DNA of 62,387 nt, counting the filler, from Choristocarpus tenellus KU-1152 (taxonomy: Eukaryota > Protista > Phaeophyceae), in the NCBI GenBank assembly GCA_964200185.2. It is 13 parts of 13 records of this genome, joined end to end, with 100 filler letters (N's around TTAATTAATTAA, not from the genome) between each part and the next. Parts side by side here need not be neighbours in the genome. Positions count along the whole stretch, not along the records: positions 1 to 4,353 come from CAXNAD020014963.1; positions 4,454 to 7,081 come from CAXNAD020026152.1; positions 7,182 to 10,178 come from CAXNAD020023046.1; positions 10,279 to 15,569 come from CAXNAD020011256.1; 9 more parts are not named here. One strand, given 5' to 3'. Positions 1 to 11,599 of the stretch are shown piece after piece. Numbering within the stretch: position 1 is the stretch's first letter; each line of letters starts with the position of its first letter. The position numbers and the translations under genes are program-made. The notes beneath the pieces are model-generated. The model did not search any database, was not told the origin of the DNA, and saw nothing but the letters and a program-made list of their open reading frames with translations.

Positions 1-411
1 TCAGCAAAAAAAAAATGACCTTAACGGCTACCCCCACACAAACCCCCACCCCCCCCCCCAGATACTTTGACCCCTATCCTTTCATTTGGGGGGTCCTTAG
101 AAGCTGGACTGGGACACTTTGGGTGGGGTTTTACAGACAACTACAATATGTAGACATGTATTATGAGCTAACCCTAACCCTAACCCTTCTTGCGCACCGG
201 CCTAAGAATACCAAAACACATACCCACCAAATGCACAGCACCCCCCTTCTCATTGCAAGAAAAAATATATGTACATGGACATAGCCTTGAATCACACTTA
301 CCTTCTACCTTCCCGCTTCCAATGCGGTAATACGGTAATACCCTCACCAGCTGATCCCCCTTGTCCCGTTCAACCCTCCTTACACATGGTACATGTCACC
401 TCTCTGGGCAG

Positions 412-3400
412 AGGCATTTGGAAGGATGGACATCTCAAAGCTGATTGTAATCTGGCCTAACAATATTGATGCTACCAAGACACTGCAGCAGGGACGAAGA
501 ATATCAGTTTCCCACGCGTGTAAGGGGGCAACCATCGCCCCGCCTCCCGCCCCACCGTCCCCCCCCCCCCCCCTCCCCNNNNNNNNNNATACCCACGCCT
601 CCCCGCACGGCACGACAATACTAGTTTCCTCCCGCTGTCATCCCCCCCCCCCCCCCCTCCCCCGTTCCATTGGTTGTTGCATTCACACATTCTCCCCCTC
701 CATGGTCTCAGGTTTTTTTTGCTTGAGTAACACAGGGGATGATGTGTGGGGAACAGACAAGAGGTATAACTTTGCCAATGTTCCATCGATGTGTTTTATA
801 TTTTATCCTGGGCTGTGTGCATTCTTGAAGTGAAGGCAAACATAAGCGTGTGATTGACTTAGTCATTGATTTAGTCATTGATTTAGTCACCGCAACTTTC
901 TTCAACATAGATGGTGCAAATGATTTTTTTTTTGTTTTCAGTTCACTGCGGAAATAAAATAAAATAAAATGGGTTTTTTTTAATTGTAATGATGGTAGTG
1001 TTTTGAATCCAATCTAATTGAATTATTTTCTCGTGTTTATTTTCTCGTGTCTATGCATACTATGTGCTCTCAAGAAAATATATCATGGCACTCAGTGCTT
1101 CACACAATTGTTTACCCCAATACAATGCCCAACTCAGGTCCTCCTCCTCATCCCCAACCCATAAGGCAGCAGACTTCTCACCCGTTCATCATATTGCTAC
1201 CCCATAATCCTACATAATCATAATCCTAGCCTGCTGAAATGGACCCAGGCATGTTTATCACCTCATGCATGCATGTACACACACACACACATATGGAACA
1301 CACAGGCCCAAACCCAACAGCAGAGGACATGTCTGAAGTCCTCAAGTACCTGCAGCTGTGGCATGCGCTCCAACCATACAAAGGCTACTCGAGGTAAGTA
1401 CTGAGAGCACTTACTGGCATGTAGTATCCCCAAGGTGGTGCTGAGGTATTTTCAAAATTCGTTTTTTGGGGGGAGTGGGCAGGGTATTAGCTCTTTGGTC
1501 CAAGTGGGTGCAGGTTGAATAAGGTGCAATTTCTCATCAGTTTTGTACCTTTGCTGTACTGAGCATATTGTATCAATGTACCTATGTGGAATGTGAATAC
1601 CTTGTTGATGAGGTCAAGCATTAATGTATGATATAAGTGAGGGTAGTGCAGGGTATTAATGATCAATGTGCATTGATGGTATCTTCTCACTTTTGTTCAC
1701 TGCGGGTGCATTTGTTGAAGTGAGATTGAGTGTTACAGCGATTGGTCACCATAGCTAAGGTTCCCCCTCCCCCCCCATTCCCTCACAATGTAACCTTTTT
1801 GTTTGATCATTAATTCCTTGTGCTCTGCAGGGAGCCCTTTGTACAGGGACGTGTTCGAGTGAGATTGACAGATGAAGATGGGATACCATGGAATCCAAAC
1901 ATACCTGACAGTGAGTGGATATCTGTGCGTTACATACATACATACATACATACCTTACATACATACCTTGGACCTATCAGTGATTATTGATTAGATTAGA
2001 CACTGGGGGGCTGAGGGGAAGGGGGGGAGGGGGCACCTTCCATGTGATTAGTGAAATTGTGAAATAGTTGCTTTTTGTGTTTTTTATTTGTCTAATGCTG
2101 CTGATACCTCGCCATTGCATAGGATATCTTTTATATTATTTTTCACTGACAGGCCTGGTTACTATTATCATATCGTAGAGAAGGGCTTTGTTACACCTCT
2201 GACTTCACTGTAAGCAAACGCATATTCCACAAATACTTCACTCCCCATTCCAGATGAAGGAGATATCAATGACAGGGGGAGATGGCAATAGTTTGGTCCA
2301 AGAATTACCTAGGGGGATTGGTGTTGTACTGTTGACAATAGTAATGTTATGTCAGAAAGGTTTCCTATTGTAAAGGCTTGTTAGTTTAGATCAAGATAAG
2401 AAACAATATTTGATTTTGAGAAGTGCTTTATACTGCCATGTTTTTTGTTGAAGATGTATGTGTGTTGGCAAGCACTGTGAGACTGTCTTGAATAGTAGCC
2501 CAGATTATTGTTTTTTATTATTGCCTTGTACCTGAACAGCTTCGGTACCTTTTTGTTTTTTGTTTTGTCCTTTGAAGGGTATGTGTCAAAATCAAGAGCT
2601 GACCTTCACTTCTGTAACTCTATTTGTCAAGATTGAGGAGTTGTGTGCATGTTAAAGAAACTAAACTAAACTACTCAAGAGGTTGCGAGTGAGTGTGATA
2701 TTGGCACATAGTTGGGTGCATATATACATACATATAATTCTATTATGACGCTGGTGTTGGTGTAAACACATACAAGCTTCTGAAGTTTAGTTACCTTTTC
2801 CATGAGTTGCAAGCCATAATGGTCTTAGATAATGATCACTGCACAATGGCTGGGCACATGGTGGGTCAGTTGACTGGATATGTGAACCTTCATAAGTGTG
2901 TAACAACACTAGAATATGTCTGTGGTATTAACATAACTGGAGGAGTGTTAACATTTTCTGATGTGGCACCAGATGTGATTATTGAGGCCCTATCCCCTGT
3001 CCATTGCATATTGTTTAAGGACCATTCCGTGTTCATCCATGCAGCCAAGTATATTGTATCATCAAGAGATGACACCAATCATTTTACACCAACTTTGAAG
3101 TATTGAATCACATAGAGCGGTTCTGACAATGATTCGCTTCTATCACCTATAGTTGCAGGTGTAGTGTCCTCGCAGTATCAATCATAGTATAGTACAAGTC
3201 CACCTGAACTAGGGTTATTTGATGTCAAGAGCTCTGATCATCTCCATTTGTACCTATACCCTGAGTCTCTTTTCAACGGTGATGCGATTCGTTGTACATT
3301 CATGTGGTTTCTTGACTCCCCCTTATCTTGGCCACTCTTCTGGCCTTCAATTGAACAGGAAAAACATTGATGAAGAAGATGGGAGAATTGATTCCCAATC

Positions 3401-3549
3401 TCAAGACCCGTCGAGATCGTTTGCAGGGGGAAAAGGAGGCCAAGGAGAAGGCCGTGAGGGAGGAGAGGGAGAAGGCCCAAGCCGCTGCAGCATCATCTGC
3501 CTTGTCTGGGACTAACAAGAAGAAGGGGAAGAAAAAGGGAAAGCGATAG
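412..3549 (+). CDS. SRP19: Signal recognition particle 19 kDa protein; 4 exons (about 412-519, 1306-1393, 1831-1910, 3359-3549); 5' exon(s) probably upstream of the window
   Basis: GT-AG introns with consistent phases join to ...IVIWPNNIDATKTLQQGRRISVSHAC|PNPTAEDMSEVLKYLQLWHALQPYKGYSR|EPFVQGRVRVRLTDEDGIPWNPNIPDR|KTLMKKMGELIPNLKTR...KKKGKKKGKR*. This matches SRP19 hallmarks (IYP.Y...KT..EGRRI, NPT..EI, K.Y.R, GRVRV.L, Lys-rich tail). Confidence 0.93.
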
Positions 3550-4299
3550 CACAACTCTGGGTTTTTTAAGAAGGGTGGAAAAGGCACTTGTTTTTATCAA
3601 CTGCGTAGACGGGTGCCTTTTTGTAAGAGGTGCTTGCAGGGGCATGCCTGTGTAACGCTGCAAAGAACTCTCTGATTGCTGTTGAATGTGCGCGGGTGCT
3701 TTAGTGGGAGGCAGTTACATTTATAAGAATATTTTGTTTTTGTTTCCAGAAGAAACGAGAGGGGGGGGGGGCTGGTCTGTCTTTTTAAGCTGGACATTAT
3801 TCGATACTCAGTGGAACATTATTCTCTTCATGTGGAGAGAGACCAAACACTCTGTACTTGGATCGGGTTTGTCTGAAGTACTAATGTAGTAGAAGTACTG
3901 GCTGCAGCTGAGGGTGTGAATGCAACTCGCTTTTTTTTTTCATTGTATGGCTAATTGCGGCATTCACATTTTTTGCTGTGATATTTTTTTAGAGTATTGA
4001 TACCACTAATAGTATTAATTGAGCACTGTAGCGAGGGCAGTTCAAGTATGGAACAACAATACTACTGAACTACACCTTTGTATATCGTAGTGTTGAAATT
4101 GCTACTCATCTGAAAACACAAGCCTAGAACAGGAAGGTTTGGAATTCATCATCTGGCAACTCTTCATCCATAAATATTTACTGCATGGAATGAACTATTA
4201 CCTTTATGCAGTGGGGTACGGATTTCTGAAGCCAGAGCTATTTATCTAACAAATGTGAAAGTACATTATATTAATCAAGCAGCAGTGTATCTATGGAAT

Positions 4300-4353
4300 G
4301 GCTCAAAGTATCTGAGAGGGGGTGGCGGCTGTCCATTTGGGGTCAATTTTTGC
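4300..4353 (-). mobile_element. MITE family A, end truncated by contig break
   Basis: GGCTCAAAGTATCT-G-rich-GTCCATTTGGGG. Other partial family A ends are at about 48-73, 18351-18453, 23431-23535, 28985-29056 (two ends), 31753-31821, 40970-40993, 48470-48538, 55226-55300, 55451-55470 and 58038-58106. Confidence 0.9.
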
Positions 4354-4453
4354 NNNNNNNNNNNNNNNNNNNNNNNNNNNNNNNNNNNNNNNNNNNNTTA
4401 ATTAATTAANNNNNNNNNNNNNNNNNNNNNNNNNNNNNNNNNNNNNNNNNNNN
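4354..4453. other. Artificial contig linker N44-TTAATTAATTAA-N44 (first of 12)
   Basis: Identical 100-nt spacer with six-frame stops at 4354-4453, 7082-7181, 10179-10278, 15570-15669, 18251-18350, 23536-23635, 28885-28984, 31653-31752, 40870-40969, 48539-48638, 55301-55400 and 57938-58037. A separate N10 scaffold gap lies at 579-588. Confidence 0.99.
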
Positions 4454-4754
4454 GGGCCTCTCAAGTGTAAGTGACTTTACATGCTCCCAGCCGCAAGTGG
4501 GGTTGCCAGTTGGGGATGAAAAGAGCAGTCCGGGGGATTGGGGCAGCAGTAGCGCAGACTGGGAAAGAGGTGTTGTGGACCGACTTATCTCGCTACCACC
4601 AGGTGGGGGACAGGATGTGCCTTTGATAGATGCTGCTACTGTGACTTCCATTAGCGTCCCCTCAGCCAACACTAACTGGGGTACAACTATTTCGAAAGGG
4701 GACTTAGGGTGCAACAGTGGGTGCAGCATGATGAATCCAACCAAAATTCTTTAA
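4454..4754 (+). CDS. Probable terminal exon of an unknown gene (5' part lost at contig edge)
   Basis: GC-rich open frame running from near the contig edge to TAA (...WERGVVDRLISLPPGGGQDVPLID...NPTKIL*). No recognisable domain. Confidence 0.3.
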
Positions 4755-6221
4755 CTGTCTCCTCTGAAGTGCTCCTAGTGCTCTGGAGTACAGAAAGGGG
4801 TGCATATCTGACAATGCGCACCATCTATCAGATGTACAGTACCCACGAGTCAAACTGAGGTCTGCTTGTAGTTGGAACAGAGCTAGCCGTTTGCAGACCT
4901 CTCAACTGTTTAAACATGTGAGAATGAACAAAAACATGAATTACAGAATGCACCACAAGCCTCAAAAGTCCTGATTCCTATGATATTTCTCTTCTGCTTA
5001 TCTTTTGGTTACTCTCCGTTGGGACGCCCACCCTTTTTGAGGACAAGTAGAAGCCCAACAAGGTCGAGTTCTCAGCAAGGTTCGTCTGTGGGGAAGATGC
5101 TGGATCCCCCACCTCGTTTTCTCTGCGTAATGGGTTGCAATATTCTACTATTTTATTATTAATACTAATGTTATCAACACAACCCTGTTTTGGAGAGCCC
5201 ATTTTTAGTTGTTCAAGGGTACCTTAGACATTGAGCAAGCCCAGGGCATTAAGTTTGTGTACATTATGACCATGCCATTCTGGGAATGGATACTTGCACA
5301 GTTTTCATTCTTCACAAGAGTGATGAGTAGTGCATATGTTGACTTTCCCACCTGAGGTGGGATGTGGGTGTCGTTTTCTGTGTCAACGCTCAAACATGCT
5401 ATCACTCACCACTGACTCATACTTCCATTGTGACTGCCTTTGTTTCTCAATTCAGCAAGGAATACGACCTTTGGAATAGCTCTGTTGCCAATCCAGATGG
5501 GTTGCTTGTTTCTTTGATGGTTACAAGATGTCCTCTCACACAAACCATCAAAACAGAAGCACTACCCTGCTCCTTTCCAAGAGGAACAAGTTGAAGGTCT
5601 ATGCGTGGGTCAACTCTGTTCACACAGAGACACACGCATACCGTATCTGTGTCCATGTCTTCATTCCCCCCTGTGTTCCAAGTTTGGAACACACTATTCA
5701 ACTTGTATCTCTATGGGCTCACGGCATCACGAGCCCTCTCTAGGAGTGTAATACTGCTACCTCTTAGCCCACCGATCTGCCCTCTTACAACCAGGGCAGA
5801 TGGTGTCCAATCAGGTGGGTGTTCATGAGTATCTCCCACTGGTCCCATCCTGTATAAATAAACAAGAACTTTCAAGTAAGAGGGAACTTTGAACGGTCTT
5901 TCCACTGGTATTGCAGAGTTCCTAGACTTGTGTGTGAGAGGAAAGGTTCCTTCTATGGTGCGATCATCGGGTAGATTGTGCAGGGGGACCTGTTGTGTAG
6001 AACATGGGGGTGGGTGATGTGGAGTATGGTGTGGGTGGGAATGAAGGAGTGAGGCGATGGGAACACTACTGGGGGGAGAGGTAGCCAATGCATTCTTGAG
6101 TAACCAGGTGTTTTCTCACATTGAGTGATGAATGCTTGGTACTCCGAGTACGTCATTAAAAGCCGACCAGGAAAACATGAATGTTCCTTTCTGAAACTAC
6201 AAATGTCCATGCGCTTCCCAC

Positions 6222-6801
6222 CTTGCAGCAAAAGCGCATCCCAACCTCATCATTAGGACTGGCATCATTGCCTGTACCGTCAGCCCAACCACCGACTTTG
6301 TCTGCCTCACTACTGGTGCAACATCCTCCCTCATGCACCAGCTCAATGTTCATTGTCCCATTGAGTCCACCGTCATCCCCCGACAACACCCCAAGAGCCT
6401 CCCGCAAGCATCCCAGTCCACATCGTAGATACTGCCTCCTCTCCACCCCAAGAACCACTTCATTGTAGCTGTAGCTCTCCTTTGCTTGGTCAGGATTAGC
6501 GGTGGATTGAGCTGCCAAGAACTCCTTTCCCAGGAGTGTATAGTGAACCCTCCAGCCTTTTTTTGGGATCTGTACCCCTCCACCACCCCTGCTTCCTGTT
6601 GTGCCAGTGGTAGGACTCTCTCTCAACCCCACCACTTCCGTGGAATTGGAAGCAGTGGATGTATCGCCTGCTCTTTCATCACTATGGCATGGTTGTTCCC
6701 TGTAGAATGCGCCCAGGTGATGTGCTCCTTCAATGGACAGACTCAGACACCAAATGGACTCTGGTCTCTCCTCCAGCACCCGTTCTGGCATGGAGGTTCG
6801 C
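6222..6801 (-). CDS. Large internal exon of a hypothetical protein (possibly C2-like beta-sandwich)
   Basis: 580-nt open frame bounded by acceptor CCCCTAG| and donor AAG|GTGGGA. Alternating hydrophobic strands WCLSLSIEGAHHL and WRVHYTLLGKEF. The fold guess is weak. Confidence 0.5.
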
Positions 6802-7329
6802 CTAGGGGTTTGATGGAGATCATCGGCCCAGTGAGGTGTGTTGTGGAGGGCTGATTGATTGGCAATGGGTAAATAGATATCTGGTGGTATAGGAGGAGGG
6901 CTCAGTATCTCTATATGATTGAGGGTCTAGGGATCAGCATCACTTTGAATGTGCATTAAAGCACCATTCCATCTTTTTTGGAGAAACTGGGAAGTGGATT
7001 AAGATAGCAACATGCTCCTGGTCGGAGGGGGGGGGGGAGGGGGGCGAATAGAAAAATGTCTTAAAGATGAATGAAGTCAAANNNNNNNNNNNNNNNNNNN
7101 NNNNNNNNNNNNNNNNNNNNNNNNNTTAATTAATTAANNNNNNNNNNNNNNNNNNNNNNNNNNNNNNNNNNNNNNNNNNNNGAAGATAAGGAAGACAGTA
7201 GTACAATATTTAATAGTGGTGAAGTAACTGATTAGTGGTTTCCACACTTACAATGTTTTATAGTGTTCTTATGTTTAGGATATTATATTTCTTTCGGGCT
7301 AATAACGACATGTATACATATATATAGTT

Positions 7330-7390
7330 TAGATTGGTTTCCCCCTTGACACATCTGCAAAATGTCGGAGGGCATAATAATAATAGTAAT
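7330..7390 (+). mobile_element. 3' tail of CRE-like LINE family (TGACACATCTGCAAAATGTC.GAGGGCA(TAA)n)
   Basis: Same motif as the 3' ends that follow RLE-coding fragments at 53.7-55.1 kb. Further copies at about 18205-18240 (-) and 23715-23785 (-). Confidence 0.7.
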
Positions 7391-9061
7391 ACATAGATAT
7401 AGATAACCAATATATATTGGGTTGTTAAAACGAAAACCCAAAGAATTCACATAAATGAAATCGGATTGAAAGTTCTCAGATTTTCATTGTGTTCAACAAG
7501 TTATCGCATGCAAAGAATGCTGAGCACCGAGATTCCAGTCAGGTATACCCTCAACATACAATATGTACCAATACATACAACTACAACCAACCCTATGTTG
7601 TAAACGTTAGAAGTACTATTAGTACGTACTACAACATTACAACCAATAATACACATACATACGATATGTTCGTAGATAGTGCTGCTGATACACTAAAGAC
7701 ACCACTGGCGGATTATGTGATAGGGTAGAGAGCCAATGACAGATATATTATATGTACTGACTCAGAGTGTTGATTGGTTATATCATGTTCGAGATACACT
7801 TCCTATACTCAAGATAAGTAAATAAGTAGTTCATAGTAAATTAGTGTGGACGATGACAAACCCCACACTATAGATTAATGGTGGTAGTTAAGGCTAGAGT
7901 CTCACCCATGAGCTCAGTCAGCGGAAGCGAGACCACAAAGGCCCTTGTAATACCGACGACTTTGTTCATCCATATCAAGCTGTTCTTTGTCCTTCATTAA
8001 AGCACCATAAAAGCCGCGGGTCCAGTGTGGGATAGTTCAACATGATACACCATCAAAATCAACATCCAATATTTAGTTAGAGACCACACTATTTTCTCCT
8101 TTGTGGAACCTCCAAAGAATAAAGAAAATGAGTGGGGTTTCCAAAACCTTGGCAGCGCATCCCCTCACACCTATATTTTGGTTGAGAATTCCACCCATCC
8201 TACGCTTCTTGCTCTCTCCTACCATAACCACTGCATCTACTACTATTTCATGCCTGTAAGTAGTATTCTTCTGCTCACATAGACATCACAATAGGGACAA
8301 GCCGATCCCACACTCTACTCTTTATCAGTTAAACGTAAAGAGATATATGTCATAGAGTATGTAATAGTTCATCTGTATCATAGGCTGCAGCTCCACAGAT
8401 CTACACCCATGGGGAAATGAATGCCCAAGAATGCTTTATACTTCCAAATAATGAAATAAACAGGAGGACGATACAACATTTGTTGTGTAAAAACATCTGT
8501 TGTTCAGGACAATGCTTGGAGTCACATTCCACTATCAAACAAGTGATTGGTGTCCACGACACCACAGCATCATTTCCTGCATAGCACAACATCCATTGTC
8601 CAGGACAATGCTTGGATTACATTTGCTCAATAATAATCTTCATTGCAAAATGACAACACTCAGAGTCATCGCTTCCTCTGTGGTAATGTCAGCTATCGCC
8701 TACCATAGTGTTAAAACACTTTGAATGCATGCTCAATCCTCTATTATCCACTGTACCACTCACAGGAGCGTCTAGAATATTTGATTGAGATACATTATAT
8801 ATAGGCCTATTATCCTCATCGTTTGTCAACAAATATAGGAGCTAGTTGTTGAGGAAACTTTTTGAGTGATGAAGGTGCAGAATTATATCAGTTCTGACAA
8901 GTGCGTGAAATGGTTAAGTTGGATTAAATGTACTTGGTATCTTTCAACCGTGCATCACTGCTCATGCTCTGTCAACTCCAAGAAAATGCACCTTAAAAGT
9001 AATCCAAGTTTGCGCATAGAACTGTTCTCCTAACTATATTTGTGTTGACATACTTCTCAGA

Positions 9062-9340
9062 ATTTTAGAGTGGGGGGGTTCTCTGTGGTATGGCAAGCTA
9101 AACATTTTAGGGTATATGATAGCACTATACCAATTGTTGGGATGAGTGCATACAAAAAAATGATATGCTTCACTTCTTAGAAAAAACCTCTTTAAAGCTT
9201 CTCACATTTTCAGGGGGGGGGGGCTTTCCAATGTATGGCAAATGAACATTTTTGGGCCATATGACAGCACTATACTCCATTGTTGAGATGAGTATGCACA
9301 AAACATTATATGCTTCACTTTGTAGAAAAAATCTCTTCAA
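9062..9340. repeat. Diverged tandem duplication, about 144-bp unit x2
   Basis: G-run...GTATGGCAA...AACATTTT...GATAGCACTATAC...TTGTTG.GATGAGT...ATATGCTTCACTT..TAGAAAAAA.CTCTT occurs twice in a row. Confidence 0.8.
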
Positions 9341-10691
9341 GAAAGAGATAGGCAAGATTATGCACAAACCTCTTTGTCACTTTGGAATGTCTCATACCAA
9401 ATGGTTTAGATTGCGTAAGGAAAGGGTTGTGTTCATGGCAATATCTCACTCACGATTATGTGAGCAATGTAACGAAGGAGGAGCAGAATGTCTTCAGTCC
9501 CTTACATCCGGCACCGATGGATTGATCAAAAGGATTAAATTGAGCATCCCTAACATACTAATTCCAACAATATAACTTGGAGAACTATTATTGTGAGTAC
9601 TATTGGTCGGAGCCGCTGAGAAAGGAGAAGGAAGGCAAGGAGAAGACAATCTCACTTCAGGTCTTGTGTCAATAACACCTGCAATTCAATCTACTACATT
9701 GGCAATGTGCAGCACGAACCTGCGAAAAGAAACTCCAACCAGAGCCAGATACGATAACTCATACATTTGGCACAAAACTCTGTTCAAGTTCTTTATGGGT
9801 TGGTAATTAACACTTTCAAGAAAAGGGGTGGTGTACATAATCCCCCTAAACCTATTCATCATCAATAGTAGAACTTGAACTAGATTGTGGAGGCTCTCTA
9901 ATTGTACTGTAGAGCTATTTCAAAAGCACTCTAAGTCAATATGAAAGCATGGGTGTGGAAACACGGAGTGATATAATGTTGCAAACGTAAGATCTGCTCA
10001 GGAAGCAACAGGAAATTACAAATTACATACGGAGGATTAGGACACAAGATTATACATATATTTTGGTGTCACCGACACTACCTCTGCTAGGAGTGGTATT
10101 CTCTGAGATACAGTGAACATGAGCCAAAGTATCTTAGAGGGTAGAGTCGCGTCCATTTGGGGGCCAAAATCCAATGTGNNNNNNNNNNNNNNNNNNNNNN
10201 NNNNNNNNNNNNNNNNNNNNNNTTAATTAATTAANNNNNNNNNNNNNNNNNNNNNNNNNNNNNNNNNNNNNNNNNNNNTTCTGTCCTTGCGTATGCAAGA
10301 GGAACGGGGATATATGCCACCATTTAATTGGGTTTGGTTAGGAGTTTGGACGTTTGCATGTGTCGGATTTCGAGTCTCTCAAACAAGTTTATTGGTTTAT
10401 ATATGTTGGTCGCGCAGTTCCGATGAAGAACAAGAGATATGTGTTAGGCTGTTCCAGGGCAAGATTTTTGTTGTTGTTGCATGACTGGGATTTGGTTAGC
10501 ACACAAAGAGGGTTGTCAGTTAGGGTGTGTTTTCCCACTGTTTTTGAGGAATTGAGAAAAATAATATGGGCTATTGCGAGGTTGCTTTTTTCGTTTATTT
10601 GCTTGCATCGGTCGTGTCTGGTGTGTATACAAAGAGGACTGTCAGTTTGGGTCTGTTCTCCCGGCGTGTGCACAAGGAACCAAAACATAAG

Positions 10692-10942
10692 GAGTCAAAG
10701 TGTCTTAGAGGGTAGAGCGCCGTCCATTTGGGGGTCAAAATCCAATGTTGCGATTTTGATGTAGTTGTGACTATCGTGTTTGTTAGTGTCAATATCCTTG
10801 ATCCAGACACATTTTTTCACAATGTGTACATTGTACCTACTCCGAAATTCGGAGTAGGTAAATGTCATTAAAAAAAAGTTAGAATTCAAGCACTAAAGGG
10901 ACAAGCAGGGCAAAACTCGTACCCTCTAAGATACCTTCGCTC
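10692..10942 (+). mobile_element. MITE family B, full length (about 250 bp)
   Basis: TIRs GAGTCAAAGTGTCTTAGAGGGTA ... TACCCTCTAAGATACCTTCGCTC, with an internal hairpin TACCTACTCCGAA-A-TTCGGAGTAGGTA. Partial copies at 10121-10178, 15470-15514, about 33070-33287 (-), 48056-48170 (-), 56587-56705 and 57868-57937. Confidence 0.92.
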
Positions 10943-11599
10943 CGTATCATGCACAGTTTAAATCTAACACTTCGCTTGTTTGTGTGCATGTGTTGAATGT
11001 TGTGTGTAGTAAGACGTGGTTGTCGCTGAAGGTGTTAGGGTTGAAGTTGTTGGTATGAAGTACGGGAAAAGGTGTAGACGGAATATGGACGTGTATACGA
11101 GTGGTTATTGGTCAAGGACTATTGTGGTTCGTTTCTCTGAAAGTAGTTATTGGTTATTGGTCAAGGTACGCTTCCACAGGTCCTGGGTTGGTGCTGTGGT
11201 TAGGGGCATCGTGCGTGGACTTAGTTATATGATCCTCCAAGATTCGAATGGCTACACTTGATCGAAACTAGTTTGTCGACACTTGGGCAAAGCAAGAGGT
11301 GGTGCATAGAGTATTGAGAAGAATGGGGGGAGGTGTGTTACAGTGTAGAAGGAATAAATAGTGGCTCACAGAAGGACAGGGTATTCATTGCTGCCCCTGG
11401 CAAATCGTTTGGAATGGTTAGCTGAGCAGATGATGGAGAAGAGTTTTTTTATTGATGTATTATGTTTCAGAGTTGTAACATTGTAGCAGACACGCTATTT
11501 AAAAACAAATAATAAGAAAGGTCTGATCCTCAACGTGAGTGTGATATATGATACCCTGACGACTCTGACTGGTAGCAATGTATCCAATACCACTATCTA

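Noticed and set aside
168-187. CCCTAA repeats near the window start as a true telomere
   Set aside because: Only about 3 units, internal and just upstream of an SRP19 exon. It belongs to the same class as the other interstitial arrays.
4398-4409. Recurrent TTAATTAATTAA palindrome
   Set aside because: It is always centred in N44 padding, so it is a concatenation linker and not biology. Gene order across these linkers was ignored.
7697-7870. Possible solo LTR (TGTGATAGGG...CCCCACA)
   Set aside because: The terminal inverted match is weak, there is no TSD and there is no second copy in the window.
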